Notes under the pieces: generated by a model
Seen by the model: only the letters and a program-made list of their open reading frames with translations
Told to the model about the DNA's origin: nothing
The model's database searches: none
Source: Candidatus Muiribacteriota bacterium
GTDB taxonomy: Bacteria; Muiribacteriota; Muiribacteriia; Muiribacteriales; Muiribacteriaceae
Reading direction: 5' to 3'
Assembly: GCA_051747805.1 (NCBI GenBank)
Contig: JBNJGP010000002.1
Location: 7,608 to 71,607, forward strand
Length of the DNA stretch: 64,000 nt
Shown here: in pieces, positions 20,601-28,511 of the stretch
Numbering within the stretch: position 1 is the stretch's first letter
How the letters are laid out: each line of letters starts with the position of its first letter
Translations under genes and position numbers: made by a program

Positions 20601-22623
20601 AGTTCAAGTCGGTTTTTTTATAGTAATATTCAAATTCACTATCAAGGTCATTTTTTAAATAAAACAGAAGATAATAAACATAAACATCTGGACCGCCTTT
20701 TGAATTTTCTTCAAGTTTTCTGCATACATTCATACAATTTTCATAATCTTCATTATTAAAATAAATATTTGCAGCTTTAAGGTACACTTCCCTGTTAATA
20801 ATATTATTGTTCATTATTGTTTTAAAGTGTTCAAGGGCCAGAGAAGGATTCTGCACTTCTTCCTGATAAAAAAGAAACTCGGCAGCCTCTGAATTTCCAG
20901 GTGAGATTTCTTCTGCCTTTGTATAAAAATAATATGCTTTTTCAGTTTTTTTAATTTCTTTATGCAGCTGGGCCAGTAAAATATAAACTTCATGGTCATT
21001 TTTATTTTTAATAATAAACTTCTCAAGAAGTGACAGCGCCTTGTCGTTGTTACCTAAGGCTTTTTCAACTTTAGCAGCTGTTTTCAGGACTTCGCCAGAT
21101 ATATTGTTTTTTAATACAAGCCTTGAGTATATTTTTGAGGCCTCTTTAAGCTGCCCAGTTTGATAAAGGGAATAAGCTTTAATTTCTGCCAGTTCTTCCT
21201 CAAAATCTATCCCTTTTATCTTTTTTACACATTCAAGTGCTTCTTTATACCTTCCCTCATGAAAATAAGCTTTAGCAGCTTCTGTATAATGCTCAAAATT
21301 AAGCAGGTTATTATTTTTAAGCACTTTTGCACTCTGCTCTCTTATAGTAGGGTCTTCGTCCTTTAATAAAACTGTAAGTTCTTCAAGATATTTTATATTT
21401 CCTATTTTATCTATAGCACCTATTACAGCTTTTTTAATAAAAGATTCACATTCTGAACATATAAGCTCCAGAAGAGACTCCGCACTTTTTTCAGAAGAAA
21501 TGTTTCCTAAAGCCTCAATAGCAGCAACTCTAACATCATTATTAGAGTCATTAAGAAATTCAACAAGATTTGTAATAACACTTTCTGACCCCACAGAACT
21601 ATAATAGGCCACAACAAGAGCCCTTACATCTTTATTTTCATCATGTATAAGCTTTTCGACCACATTTATATATCTTTCATCTCTGGAAGAAACAAGAAAT
21701 TTCAAAAAAGCCTTTCTTACCTCAGGGTTCATATCATTAATACATTTTTGGGAAATTTGATCAATTACATCGTACATTCCAGTTTTTTCAAGCGCCTCAA
21801 TTACACTCAGCCTTACTTTCCAGTTTGTATCATTAATCTGTTCAAGCAGCGGTTGAATACTTCTTTGATCATTTATAGCAGCAAGAGCTTCAATTGCGGC
21901 TTTCTTCACTTCCGAAACAGGGTCCTCAAGCATTTCTGTAAAAAAGTCTATAGTTCTGTCGTCTCCGATAACCTCTGCAGTTTTTAAAGCTTCCATTCTC
22001 ACCTTAGGATTATTGTCCTTGAACAAATCAAGAATTTTATTTATAGAGCGACTATCCCCTATGTTTCTCAAAGCTTTTATAACCTGCACTTTTACTTCAG
22101 AAGAATTATCATCTAAAAGCTGACCTAATGGCTCTATAGCTCTTTCGTCACCTAAAGCCCCAAGTATTTCAACAACTTTCAGCCTCACATATTTATTATC
22201 ATCATTCAACGCCTTTATTAAAGGTTCCACAGCCCTTTCGTCACCAAGCTTTCCAAGCGCGGAAACCACTTCTTTTCTTATCTGTCCTCTTGGGTCGTCC
22301 AGAAGTTCAAGAACTGGTTCGACTGCAGATTTATCTCTGAGTTCACCAAGTACATAAATAACTCTTTTTTTCACTTCTTTGTTATTATCATCAAGGGTTT
22401 CAAGTAGTTGAGGAACACTTCTTCTGTCTTTATATTTAATTAGAGCCTCTGCAGCTTTTATCTGAACTTCACTACTTGAATCGGTAAGCATTCTGATAAA
22501 ATACTCCACCACCTCTGGCTCATCGAATTTTTTCAAATCTTCAAGAGCTTTAAGTCTTTCATCAAGAGAATTACTGTCCAGTTTATTAACTATGTTTTCA
22601 AAATCTTTTCTACCCTCAATCAT
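14671..22623 (-). CDS. Giant (2650 aa) HEAT-repeat + TPR-repeat protein
   Basis: The first 400 aa or so hold about 12 PBS-lyase-type HEAT repeats (e.g. VRKEVVSALGKLGDERAVEPLIKALNDDN). The remaining roughly 2200 aa are continuous 34-aa TPR-like repeats (A/Y/L/F periodicity). It is one uninterrupted ORF. Confidence 0.85.
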   Translation of the reverse strand: MIEGRKDFENIVNKLDSNSLDERLKALEDLKKFDEPEVVEYFIRMLTDSSSEVQIKAAEALIKYKDRRSVPQLLETLDDNNKEVKKRVIYVLGELRDKSAVEPVLELLDDPRGQIRKEVVSALGKLGDERAVEPLIKALNDDNKYVRLKVVEILGALGDERAIEPLGQLLDDNSSEVKVQVIKALRNIGDSRSINKILDLFKDNNPKVRMEALKTAEVIGDDRTIDFFTEMLEDPVSEVKKAAIEALAAINDQRSIQPLLEQINDTNWKVRLSVIEALEKTGMYDVIDQISQKCINDMNPEVRKAFLKFLVSSRDERYINVVEKLIHDENKDVRALVVAYYSSVGSESVITNLVEFLNDSNNDVRVAAIEALGNISSEKSAESLLELICSECESFIKKAVIGAIDKIGNIKYLEELTVLLKDEDPTIREQSAKVLKNNNLLNFEHYTEAAKAYFHEGRYKEALECVKKIKGIDFEEELAEIKAYSLYQTGQLKEASKIYSRLVLKNNISGEVLKTAAKVEKALGNNDKALSLLEKFIIKNKNDHEVYILLAQLHKEIKKTEKAYYFYTKAEEISPGNSEAAEFLFYQEEVQNPSLALEHFKTIMNNNIINREVYLKAANIYFNNEDYENCMNVCRKLEENSKGGPDVYVYYLLFYLKNDLDSEFEYYYKKTDLNWLAENNTEYLMKLYEFLVSNKKVSRAVETAEILKDYVNVQKFQLILDTLYNVVDFSKWLDFFKSAPEKHWNNIDFNKYLLDIFLDRKDFVLFEKYLQRAKERFGVDNNQLIMKEADFEFLKRNYSKSQNLYKKVYNLLSTWQLEKLALCFEKTGNHGEASKQYADLAEKTGKHEYEIKLANLYIKVDELQKASQIIEKNVAKFPDSHESYMLLGKIYYSKGNISESLTCFKRSMDIEKKNPESLLGLAKIYIDRGIYEEANLLLNEVSDDYPESYNYHETMLYYYEKQGRWREAEKFLKGLLDTYPDHNYWIYKLTCIYFNKNEIKNARKSIKNIDFSALENPQKFNLAKWMYNNEMIEESGAIFKELLMKDSANIEYIYYNSLVSRDYALNKLPSLLSSKDYSEYNEKLNYAYIKALISIERFDEARVRLEDMCDKYPQNSRFVFESAMLNFKLKKYEPAVKSFEKSILASYNTAFCYKYLSKIYKINGEVDRALSFSLKASREGDLSRDIDFLVHTAKLYEEKEDYDQALEYINNALKVEPENNELRFFKARLYFAKKEFIKVAELAEILTEQDSENLAYFEILGIAEKEMENYNRAISAFRRCIELSQESIFKKELAIMLQKTGRVKEASNLFEELKDSYENKTDAEFLYHQALSEFLKENYNEALSYINKLLSNGVKDFNVFLLAARIYLKKEMFQKAISYYEIIEGEIINDAELVIEYAQAFEKTSNIDKAIFVLEKAAPLNDDRIALKLAYLYFKRGMYEESLENVTRVLRIMPDCQEALNLKGLIYEKQEMYENSIKAYELSDNWFKLGSIYTKMHNYEKALYYFEKILLKDPDDFDTLCFMSIIYKEMGQYEKSLEILKQVGQKYPEKASIWSLTGTVYEILEDTENAINNYLKMVEIDDSNVEGYFKLASLYSRKNNFEMAEKNYKKVLQKDPDNAGALFELAQISFRLKNYKEAEKLLKQLIEQTPDFHQAYEKLAEVYMSTERNSEAILLLKNLQPESRIHLMMAKAYMNLGNNEEAVNYAKKTASEDKNCNDAYIIIADISEENNRLEEAEFSLKKALSINPLSENVYLKLSDILARRGLFDESLEYLDEYKEKFPEKQEYDELNKTYAKLYKTKGEINKARDYLSKIKNTGEKEYLYEMGEVLYLTEDFDGALDMFRTYIKQESSNLSVVNYMSKIYFNKEKYDSIINLIDFVLKTVKLDWQNLFNYGKALYFKGNYVQALEKLKKALSENPNFGEAYYYIGLTLQNKKQYQEASQYFEKAVLMRADDPQIQFSLAINYKKLKRFNEAISKMQQLSGNKKIGNTVKRELGKIYMELNINDKAVELFEELLEDDIKDNETLYNLSVLCKGNDPEKALKYLKNVDSDKFTVRNYRYELAELFIKTKKFDEAQQELNEFLVSYPEDYKALFLMGELKRKQDLNGEAIEFYEKTVENNPACFMAYKYLAFLVVDEGTKKEMLEKYRAYVNGDKEVNFYYLEILYKLNLEREALELADILKNKDDLNYDNCFLLSKVYYRSFKLKEALNFINQAFEMGSEPESWELSGDIQFKFGNYPEALEAYKKLLDFDYSKRIQTNKKIAECYFKLQNNSEAIKYYKKTIQYDPEYWEGYAGLAKCYEKEGMYEEALSIVENILTYQPANNKMLLRAAGLSEKMEKFSQASEYLSKVIRSEPENIESCFEMARIMFRMKEYKKAIEQLGKIIDKKLDKQLEIKARLLLSDIFMALENFNGAEKELKKLIEYEPESLEFLEKLAYCYEKSSKFEQSLKMYQEITEKDKARWNSYVSMGDIYFRKGYLDKSLVYYREASKYAGPTAAICYRIAQVFEDKQIIDKAINYYKETIKINAKFEPAYHNLADIYTRQGMAGDSVVLYEKMLNLIPDSQEGYYKISKIYSRRKEYEKALEVLQKLSGLNSDNPSYRLELARVYHILGKIDEAISEAIKVINIAPIDSEEAKQAQEMLKPQGA

Positions 22624-22702
22624 AATACCCTCTCCAGTTAATTATTATATTTAAAACAATTTATCAATTCTAAGTTTTATCAAATTTTATTTAGAATTGA
22701 TG

Positions 22703-23215
22703 TTAAACTACCATAGTTTTTGCCATTCTATCCGAAAAATGCTGCCCTTTTTCATCCATCCATATATATATAGTTTCCAGGGCAACAAAAATAAAAAAAA
22801 GTGCCATTACTGCATATCTTAAAATTAAAAACAAAAGTCCCACTAACGGAATAATCTCAAAAAAAGCTATAATTAAAAGAAATAAAAAGCCACATGCAAG
22901 AAAAAAATTCCTGGCAATTCTCTGCTTTTTATCTGCAATAATTCTTTTATTTATATCAACAATATTCAGCCTGAAAACCAACTTACCAAGGCTTCCATTT
23001 CTAGTAATATTATCACGAAAAAGCAAATAAACTGCCCCGAAAATTGCAGTAAATGCATGAAAATAAACACAAATAAAAACTATGGTCGCATCAATCAGGG
23101 CTGCGCCATATCTTTTTTTTATATCAGCTTTTGAAAGCACCTGATAATAATCCTTACAGGCAGGACAAATTTTGGTATTATCATCAAATACATTACCGCA
23201 TCGTGGACAGTTCAT
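22703..23215 (-). CDS. Zinc-ribbon + RDD-family membrane protein
   Basis: N-terminal CPRCGNVFDDNTKICPACK (CxxC...CxxC). RYGAALIDATIVFI plus downstream Arg/Asp residues and 2-3 TM helices fit the RDD family. Confidence 0.45.
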   Translation of the reverse strand: MNCPRCGNVFDDNTKICPACKDYYQVLSKADIKKRYGAALIDATIVFICVYFHAFTAIFGAVYLLFRDNITRNGSLGKLVFRLNIVDINKRIIADKKQRIARNFFLACGFLFLLIIAFFEIIPLVGLLFLILRYAVMALFFIFVALETIYIWMDEKGQHFSDRMAKTMVV

Positions 23216-23286
23216 AATCGAAATTATATCACAAAATGAACTGTGTTTGAAAAATTACCGCTCACCTTATACAAAGCTGACTTTTA

Positions 23287-23649
23287 TCAAAATTCAACTC
23301 TTTCTTTTATAAACTCTCTTACATTTTCATCTTTTTCTTTTTCAAATAATTCTTTTATTAACTCAAAATACTTTGTTGAGTCTGCGTCAAGCAGATTCTG
23401 AACCGCCTGACAGCGGACAAACCATATCTCATCTTCTATCATTGCCTCTGCGTAAAAAGAATATTTTTGAGGCGCTTTTTCTCCAAGAATCTTTAAAGCC
23501 CAGTATCTGATATCCTCGTTTTCGCTTGTAAGAGCCATTACAAGCTCTGTTTCAGACTTTTTATCTGACTCAAGCAAAGTGGCCGCAATTTTAAACTTTT
23601 CAGACCAGGTACCGGAAGCAATTTTTTCTAACTTTTTTCTGGCATTCAT
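23287..23649 (-). CDS. Small HEAT-like hypothetical protein. The real start may be the internal Met at about 23538
   Basis: Short helical repeats (DIRYWALKILGEK, VRCQAVQNLL). The 5' end overlaps the nnr stop by 50 nt when read from 23649. Confidence 0.3.
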   Translation of the reverse strand: MNARKKLEKIASGTWSEKFKIAATLLESDKKSETELVMALTSENEDIRYWALKILGEKAPQKYSFYAEAMIEDEIWFVRCQAVQNLLDADSTKYFELIKELFEKEKDENVREFIKERVEF

Positions 23650-25138
23650 AAATAATATCCCCCATATTAGAAATAATATCGGTCGGTGTGATAGAACCAG
23701 TAAATTTTTTTAAAGAAAGCTGGGCCGCCGTATATACATGTATATAAACTGCGGCATTAATCAATCCTGTATTAACTTCTTTTCCCTGACTTAAGAATCC
23801 TCCAGCAATACCTGCAAGAACATCGCCGGTCCCACCAGTGGCAAGAGCCGAGCAGACATAAGGCACAATATTTTTTTTATTTTTATAAGAGGTAAAAGTT
23901 GCGGGTTTTTTTAGTATAATGGCAAGTTCTGGATGTTTAAAGCAAAAGTTTTCAAATTGTTTAAAAATATTTGAACCTTTTATATTAAAATTAGAAACAA
24001 TTTTTTTAAATTCTCCTGGATGAGGTGTTAATACAAATTTATTCTGCCTGCTTTTTTTTAGAATATCCGGGGTTATAAATTTCAAAATATCTGCATCAAC
24101 AATTATTATTTTATTTTTAATTTTTTTAAATAAAATTTCCCATTCTTCTGTCAAACTATCTATACCACTTCCGGGCCCCATTACAACAACATCAATATTT
24201 TTATTAATCCAGGGTGCAATCTCCTCAATATTTTTTTTATTTCTGAATTTAAAAATAAGCTCAGAAGGTCTCGAAAAAGCAACCTTCTTAATTTCCTCCG
24301 GCATTATACAGTAAACAAGACCCGCACCGCTTTTAAGGGCAGCCTGCGCTGTCAGCAGAGGGGCTCCATGGTATTTATAACTTCCACCAATAACTGCAAC
24401 CCTTCCGGCCATTCCTTTATGATGAAAATTTTTTCTTGAAGGTATATTATCGCCTATTTCATTAAAAATTTTATATTCATTATCAATATTATAATCATCT
24501 GGAATTATTCCAATATCAATAAGTTTTAATTTATTGCAATGTTTTATAGCATCCTGACTGAAATAACCTTTTTTATAACCACCGATTGCATATGTTTCAT
24601 CAAATTCAAGGGCATTCTCATCTACCTCGCCCGTTTCAAGATTAAGCCCGGAAGGAACGTCAATCGCAATTTTAGAAACATTTTTGTTTTTTCTTATTTT
24701 TTTAAATAATTTTTCAAGCTCCTCTGGAAGTTTTCCTCTGAAATTACTTCCAAAAACAGCATCAATAATAATATTAAATTCCTGAAGCTCTCTTTCTTTT
24801 ATTTTTTTTATAGAAATAATATTAATGTCAAGTTCTAAGCAGGCGTTGTAATTTATTTTACAATCCTGACTCGCCGGGGTTCCACATTGCACAATTACAA
24901 CATAATAGCCGGCCGTATTAAGATTTCTGGCCAGAGCATATCCGTCACCTCCATTATTTCCTTTACCGCAGAGCAGAAGAATTTTATTATTATTAGAATA
25001 ATTTTTTTGGATTAAATTAAAACAGTTCGAAGCTGCATTTTCCATTATTGCAATAGAGGGAATACCAGTTTTTTTAAAAAAAAGTTTTTCAAGTTCCTTT
25101 AAATCATTATTTCCAAAAACAAATTTCTGACATTTCAT
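23600..25138 (-). CDS. nnr: Bifunctional NAD(P)H-hydrate repair enzyme (epimerase + ADP-dependent dehydratase)
   Basis: YjeF-N LLLCGKGNNGGDGYALARNL, and YjeF-C GMAGRVAVIGGS...GGTGDVLAGI. Confidence 0.85.
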   Translation of the reverse strand: MKCQKFVFGNNDLKELEKLFFKKTGIPSIAIMENAASNCFNLIQKNYSNNNKILLLCGKGNNGGDGYALARNLNTAGYYVVIVQCGTPASQDCKINYNACLELDINIISIKKIKERELQEFNIIIDAVFGSNFRGKLPEELEKLFKKIRKNKNVSKIAIDVPSGLNLETGEVDENALEFDETYAIGGYKKGYFSQDAIKHCNKLKLIDIGIIPDDYNIDNEYKIFNEIGDNIPSRKNFHHKGMAGRVAVIGGSYKYHGAPLLTAQAALKSGAGLVYCIMPEEIKKVAFSRPSELIFKFRNKKNIEEIAPWINKNIDVVVMGPGSGIDSLTEEWEILFKKIKNKIIIVDADILKFITPDILKKSRQNKFVLTPHPGEFKKIVSNFNIKGSNIFKQFENFCFKHPELAIILKKPATFTSYKNKKNIVPYVCSALATGGTGDVLAGIAGGFLSQGKEVNTGLINAAVYIHVYTAAQLSLKKFTGSITPTDIISNMGDIIYECQKKVRKNCFRYLV

Positions 25139-25455
25139 TTTTTTACTACCATCGCTACCGAATATTTTTTCTCATGACTTATTGAAAGGGCATAATTATT
25201 ATAATCCTTAAAAAAAGGAGCTCCCTGAGGAGTATTTAAAATTATAATTTTATTCATTGCTATATTCTTCATTCCCGACGCTTTAATAAAAGCCTCTTTT
25301 GCAGCAAATCTGGCCGAAAGAAATACTGTACCCTTTTCCTTTTTATTGAAAATATCAACCTCTTCTTCTGAGAGTATTCTTGAAATAAATTTAAAACCAT
25401 ACTGAGAATAAAGTTTTTTAATTCTGATATTTTCAACAATATCTATTCCAATCAT
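25135..25455 (-). CDS. acpS: Holo-[acyl-carrier-protein] synthase
   Basis: MIGIDIVEN and FAAKEAFIKA motifs; about 105 aa. Confidence 0.85.
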   Translation of the reverse strand: MIGIDIVENIRIKKLYSQYGFKFISRILSEEEVDIFNKKEKGTVFLSARFAAKEAFIKASGMKNIAMNKIIILNTPQGAPFFKDYNNYALSISHEKKYSVAMVVKK

Positions 25456-27113
25456 GACACGTTTTCTTCTACCTTTTTCTGTAACTTCTGATTTTCACTC
25501 CAAACTTGAGTGACGTTTTCTTTGTTAACCACCTTCATAAAAGCTTCTACCACTCTCGGATCAAACTGCGTTCCCGAATTCTTTTCTATTTCCCCAATTG
25601 CAACTTCCTTATCCAGAGCTTTACGATAGGAACGGGTTGAGGTCATAGCATCAAACGTATCGGCAAGAGCAACAATTCTAGCTTCAAGAGGAATTCCTTC
25701 ACCTTTTAATTTATCTGGATATCCTCCGCCATCCCAGCGTTCATGATGATATCTTATTGCGGCAAATTTATCCTCAAGGAATTTTACAGGTTTAATAATT
25801 TCATGTCCCTGAAAAGGATGATTTTTTATAATTTCATACTCTTCATCTGTTAGTCTTCCCGGTTTATTTAATATTCCGATATCAACGCCAACTTTTCCGA
25901 TATCATGCAGCAGAGCACCAAATTTTATATTTTTAATATCTTTATCAGTAAGGCCTAACTTAACAGCTATTGCAACAGAATATTCCATAACTCTTTCTGA
26001 ATGTCCATGTGTGTATGGATCTTTAGCGTCAAGCACATTTGCAAGCACTTTAATTGAGGCTAGATAAGAATCCTCAAGCTCAGAAAAAACTCTTACTCTT
26101 TCGTAGGTTAAAGAGCAGTAGTTAACATAACTTTCAAAGAACTTCTGATCAGTTAATGAAAATTTACTGTCTTCTTTCTGTTTATCAATATATATAACAC
26201 CGATAATTGAATCTTTATATTTAAGAGGAGCCGCTATTACAGAATTGATATGGAAATTAATCAGGCTCTGACCAGAATTAATCCTTGAATCCTGAGCAGG
26301 TGAATTTGATATATAGGTTTTCTTGTTTTCCAGCACAAATCTGGCTATGTTATTGCTGAAACTACTAACATTTTTTATTTCCTGATCCATTCCTCTTGCT
26401 ATCTTAACTTCGAACTTCCCGGTTTCTTTTGAATAAAAAAGCAGAAAACCTCTCTGAGCACCAAAAATTGTTAAAATAATATCAAGAGATGATGTGAAAA
26501 AATCCTTTGTTTCGACTATATTTCCGATTGACTGTGAAATTTTATTTAAAAAAAGCAGAGTTGAATAATCCTTTTGAAAACCTGAAATTTCTTTTTTTAA
26601 ATTATTTGTGAAGGCCGCATATTTTTTTACCTGTGCTGCAATAGATTTATGGTCTGGTTTTTTTTCTTCAACATATTTTGAAAAGTTAATCATATTCCCT
26701 ATTAAAGAGTTGAATTTTTTTAAAATATCTACTTCTGTACCGTCTATACGTTGTATTTTACCAAGGTTCTTTTTTAATTCTTTTATTTCAGAAATGACAG
26801 CACTTATTTTATTATCTTTATTAAACCTTATGAAATTATCGCCTATTCTAATCTCGTCTTCTGGCTCAAGCATCTTTAACTTAACGTGTCTACCATTTAC
26901 AAATAATCCGTTTGAGCTTCCTAGATCCTCTATAACAAGGGCGCCTTTACCATCGCCACTTATTTTGGCATGTACACGGGATACTTTTGCATCATCAAAA
27001 ATAATATCGTTTGTAGCGACTCTGCCTATATGAAGTACATCTCCTTTTTTTTCAGAGTCCAGCCTGTACTCATATTCATTTGAATTAACATCTTTTATTA
27101 AGAGTTTTGCCAT
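25452..27113 (-). CDS. FHA-GAF-HD-GYP signalling protein (probable c-di-GMP phosphodiesterase)
   Basis: FHA region (RVATNDIIFDDAKVSRVHAKI...GSSNGLFVNG), a central GAF-like region, and C-terminal HD-GYP (HSERVMEY...LHDIGKVGV...HHERWDGGGYPD). Confidence 0.8.
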   Translation of the reverse strand: MAKLLIKDVNSNEYEYRLDSEKKGDVLHIGRVATNDIIFDDAKVSRVHAKISGDGKGALVIEDLGSSNGLFVNGRHVKLKMLEPEDEIRIGDNFIRFNKDNKISAVISEIKELKKNLGKIQRIDGTEVDILKKFNSLIGNMINFSKYVEEKKPDHKSIAAQVKKYAAFTNNLKKEISGFQKDYSTLLFLNKISQSIGNIVETKDFFTSSLDIILTIFGAQRGFLLFYSKETGKFEVKIARGMDQEIKNVSSFSNNIARFVLENKKTYISNSPAQDSRINSGQSLINFHINSVIAAPLKYKDSIIGVIYIDKQKEDSKFSLTDQKFFESYVNYCSLTYERVRVFSELEDSYLASIKVLANVLDAKDPYTHGHSERVMEYSVAIAVKLGLTDKDIKNIKFGALLHDIGKVGVDIGILNKPGRLTDEEYEIIKNHPFQGHEIIKPVKFLEDKFAAIRYHHERWDGGGYPDKLKGEGIPLEARIVALADTFDAMTSTRSYRKALDKEVAIGEIEKNSGTQFDPRVVEAFMKVVNKENVTQVWSENQKLQKKVEENVS

Positions 27114-28511
27114 TTAATCCTCAAATTCCATTTTAATTAAAGATTTCACGTTGCCTTTTCGTGGCATTGTTGCCTCTATTATAATATCAATAGTTCTACC
27201 TGTAAACTCCTCCCTGTTAAATCTGAATTTTGTATTTTCAACGGGACGTAAATTATTATCATTAATTTTTATACTGTAATAAGCCGAATCTTCACTTTCA
27301 TCCACCATTATTTCAATAAAATCTTGGGCAAAAAATATAAAATTATTCTGCTCATGAAATTCCGGGTTAATTTTCAAAAAAGTATAAAGAGAAAAAAAAC
27401 CGTTTTTTTCATCAAAGAAATCTTTTTCTTCATATTTTTTTCTATAGTATTCTGTCAACTCGAAAAAAGCAACTTCGTGAAAGTCCCCCTTCAGATAATT
27501 ATTTTGAGCTGTCTGATTAATTCCAAGCATATCCTGAATTAATTCAATTTCATTATTTTCTGTCAAGATTACTTTATATAATTTTTTTTCTTCTTCTGTT
27601 AAAAAAGTAAATATTTCCTCAACTGAAAACCTTAACTTCAACTCAGTTTTAGCGGCGACAACTTCAGCCTCAGATTTTTTTTCAAGTTCTTCATAACAAT
27701 TTGAAAGCAAAGTGAGAGCATAATCTTTCAGACCAAAATCCCTGTAAACAGGAAATCTGAAATGTTTTAAATATTTCTCAGCTTTATTATAAAGATTTGC
27801 CCTTAAAAAAAACTCTCCTGCCGCAAGTAAAATAATCGGTTCCACCTGATTTTTATCAAGCTCTGTTTTAAAAAGGCCCTCTGCCTTTGCAAAATAATAA
27901 TTCTGAGCTAAAGTCATACTTACTATATAATTTATAAATTTATAATCTATCTTTTCTCCTGCAAATAAAAATGGAAATTCATAATCCGGCCTTTTTTCAA
28001 AAAAACTGTATAAAGAGTAGAGGTTGATAATATCCAGAGAAGTATTTTTTTCCCATGAAAAACTTTCAATATAGATTAACAAAAGCCTTAAAAGATAATA
28101 ATCGCTGCCTTTCTGGCTATAAATATTATTTTTTATTTTTTTTATATTATCAGAATCTGGTCGATTACCTCTTCCAATTATCTTTGAATACTCCCTTATG
28201 ATTTTTAAAAAATTAATCATTAAATCTATATCATCTCTCACAGATGAACCTTCTGATGGTTTATTATCATCAATATTATTAATCACAGATTTTATTTTAG
28301 ACCTATCATAAATAAACTGGCTTTCTCTTAAGTATCTTTTTGCATCATTAAGATACTGCTCCCCAGTTACGCTTAAAACCTGTAGGCCCGGGGAAGACCC
28401 TCCAAAACACCCAGTCTGAAAAAAAGAAATTAATAATAAAAGCAAAAAAAAACTTAATTTAAAACTAAAAATTAATTGTTGGCTTTTCTTTCCCAACATC
28501 TCCTGCACCAT
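27114..28511 (-). CDS. Hypothetical lipoprotein
   Basis: Signal peptide with lipobox (LLISFFQTGCFGG) and no recognisable catalytic motif. It is translationally coupled to its neighbours. Confidence 0.45.
   Translation of the reverse strand: MVQEMLGKKSQQLIFSFKLSFFLLLLLISFFQTGCFGGSSPGLQVLSVTGEQYLNDAKRYLRESQFIYDRSKIKSVINNIDDNKPSEGSSVRDDIDLMINFLKIIREYSKIIGRGNRPDSDNIKKIKNNIYSQKGSDYYLLRLLLIYIESFSWEKNTSLDIINLYSLYSFFEKRPDYEFPFLFAGEKIDYKFINYIVSMTLAQNYYFAKAEGLFKTELDKNQVEPIILLAAGEFFLRANLYNKAEKYLKHFRFPVYRDFGLKDYALTLLSNCYEELEKKSEAEVVAAKTELKLRFSVEEIFTFLTEEEKKLYKVILTENNEIELIQDMLGINQTAQNNYLKGDFHEVAFFELTEYYRKKYEEKDFFDEKNGFFSLYTFLKINPEFHEQNNFIFFAQDFIEIMVDESEDSAYYSIKINDNNLRPVENTKFRFNREEFTGRTIDIIIEATMPRKGNVKSLIKMEFED

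Noticed and set aside
14671-22623. Whether the giant ORF is a collapsed repeat or an assembly artefact, or a tandem gene array rather than a single gene
   Set aside because: The reading frame is continuous with no internal stop. The repeats are degenerate and not identical at the nucleotide level, which argues against mis-assembly of identical units. The ORF is kept as a real gene, with the caveat recorded in the findings.
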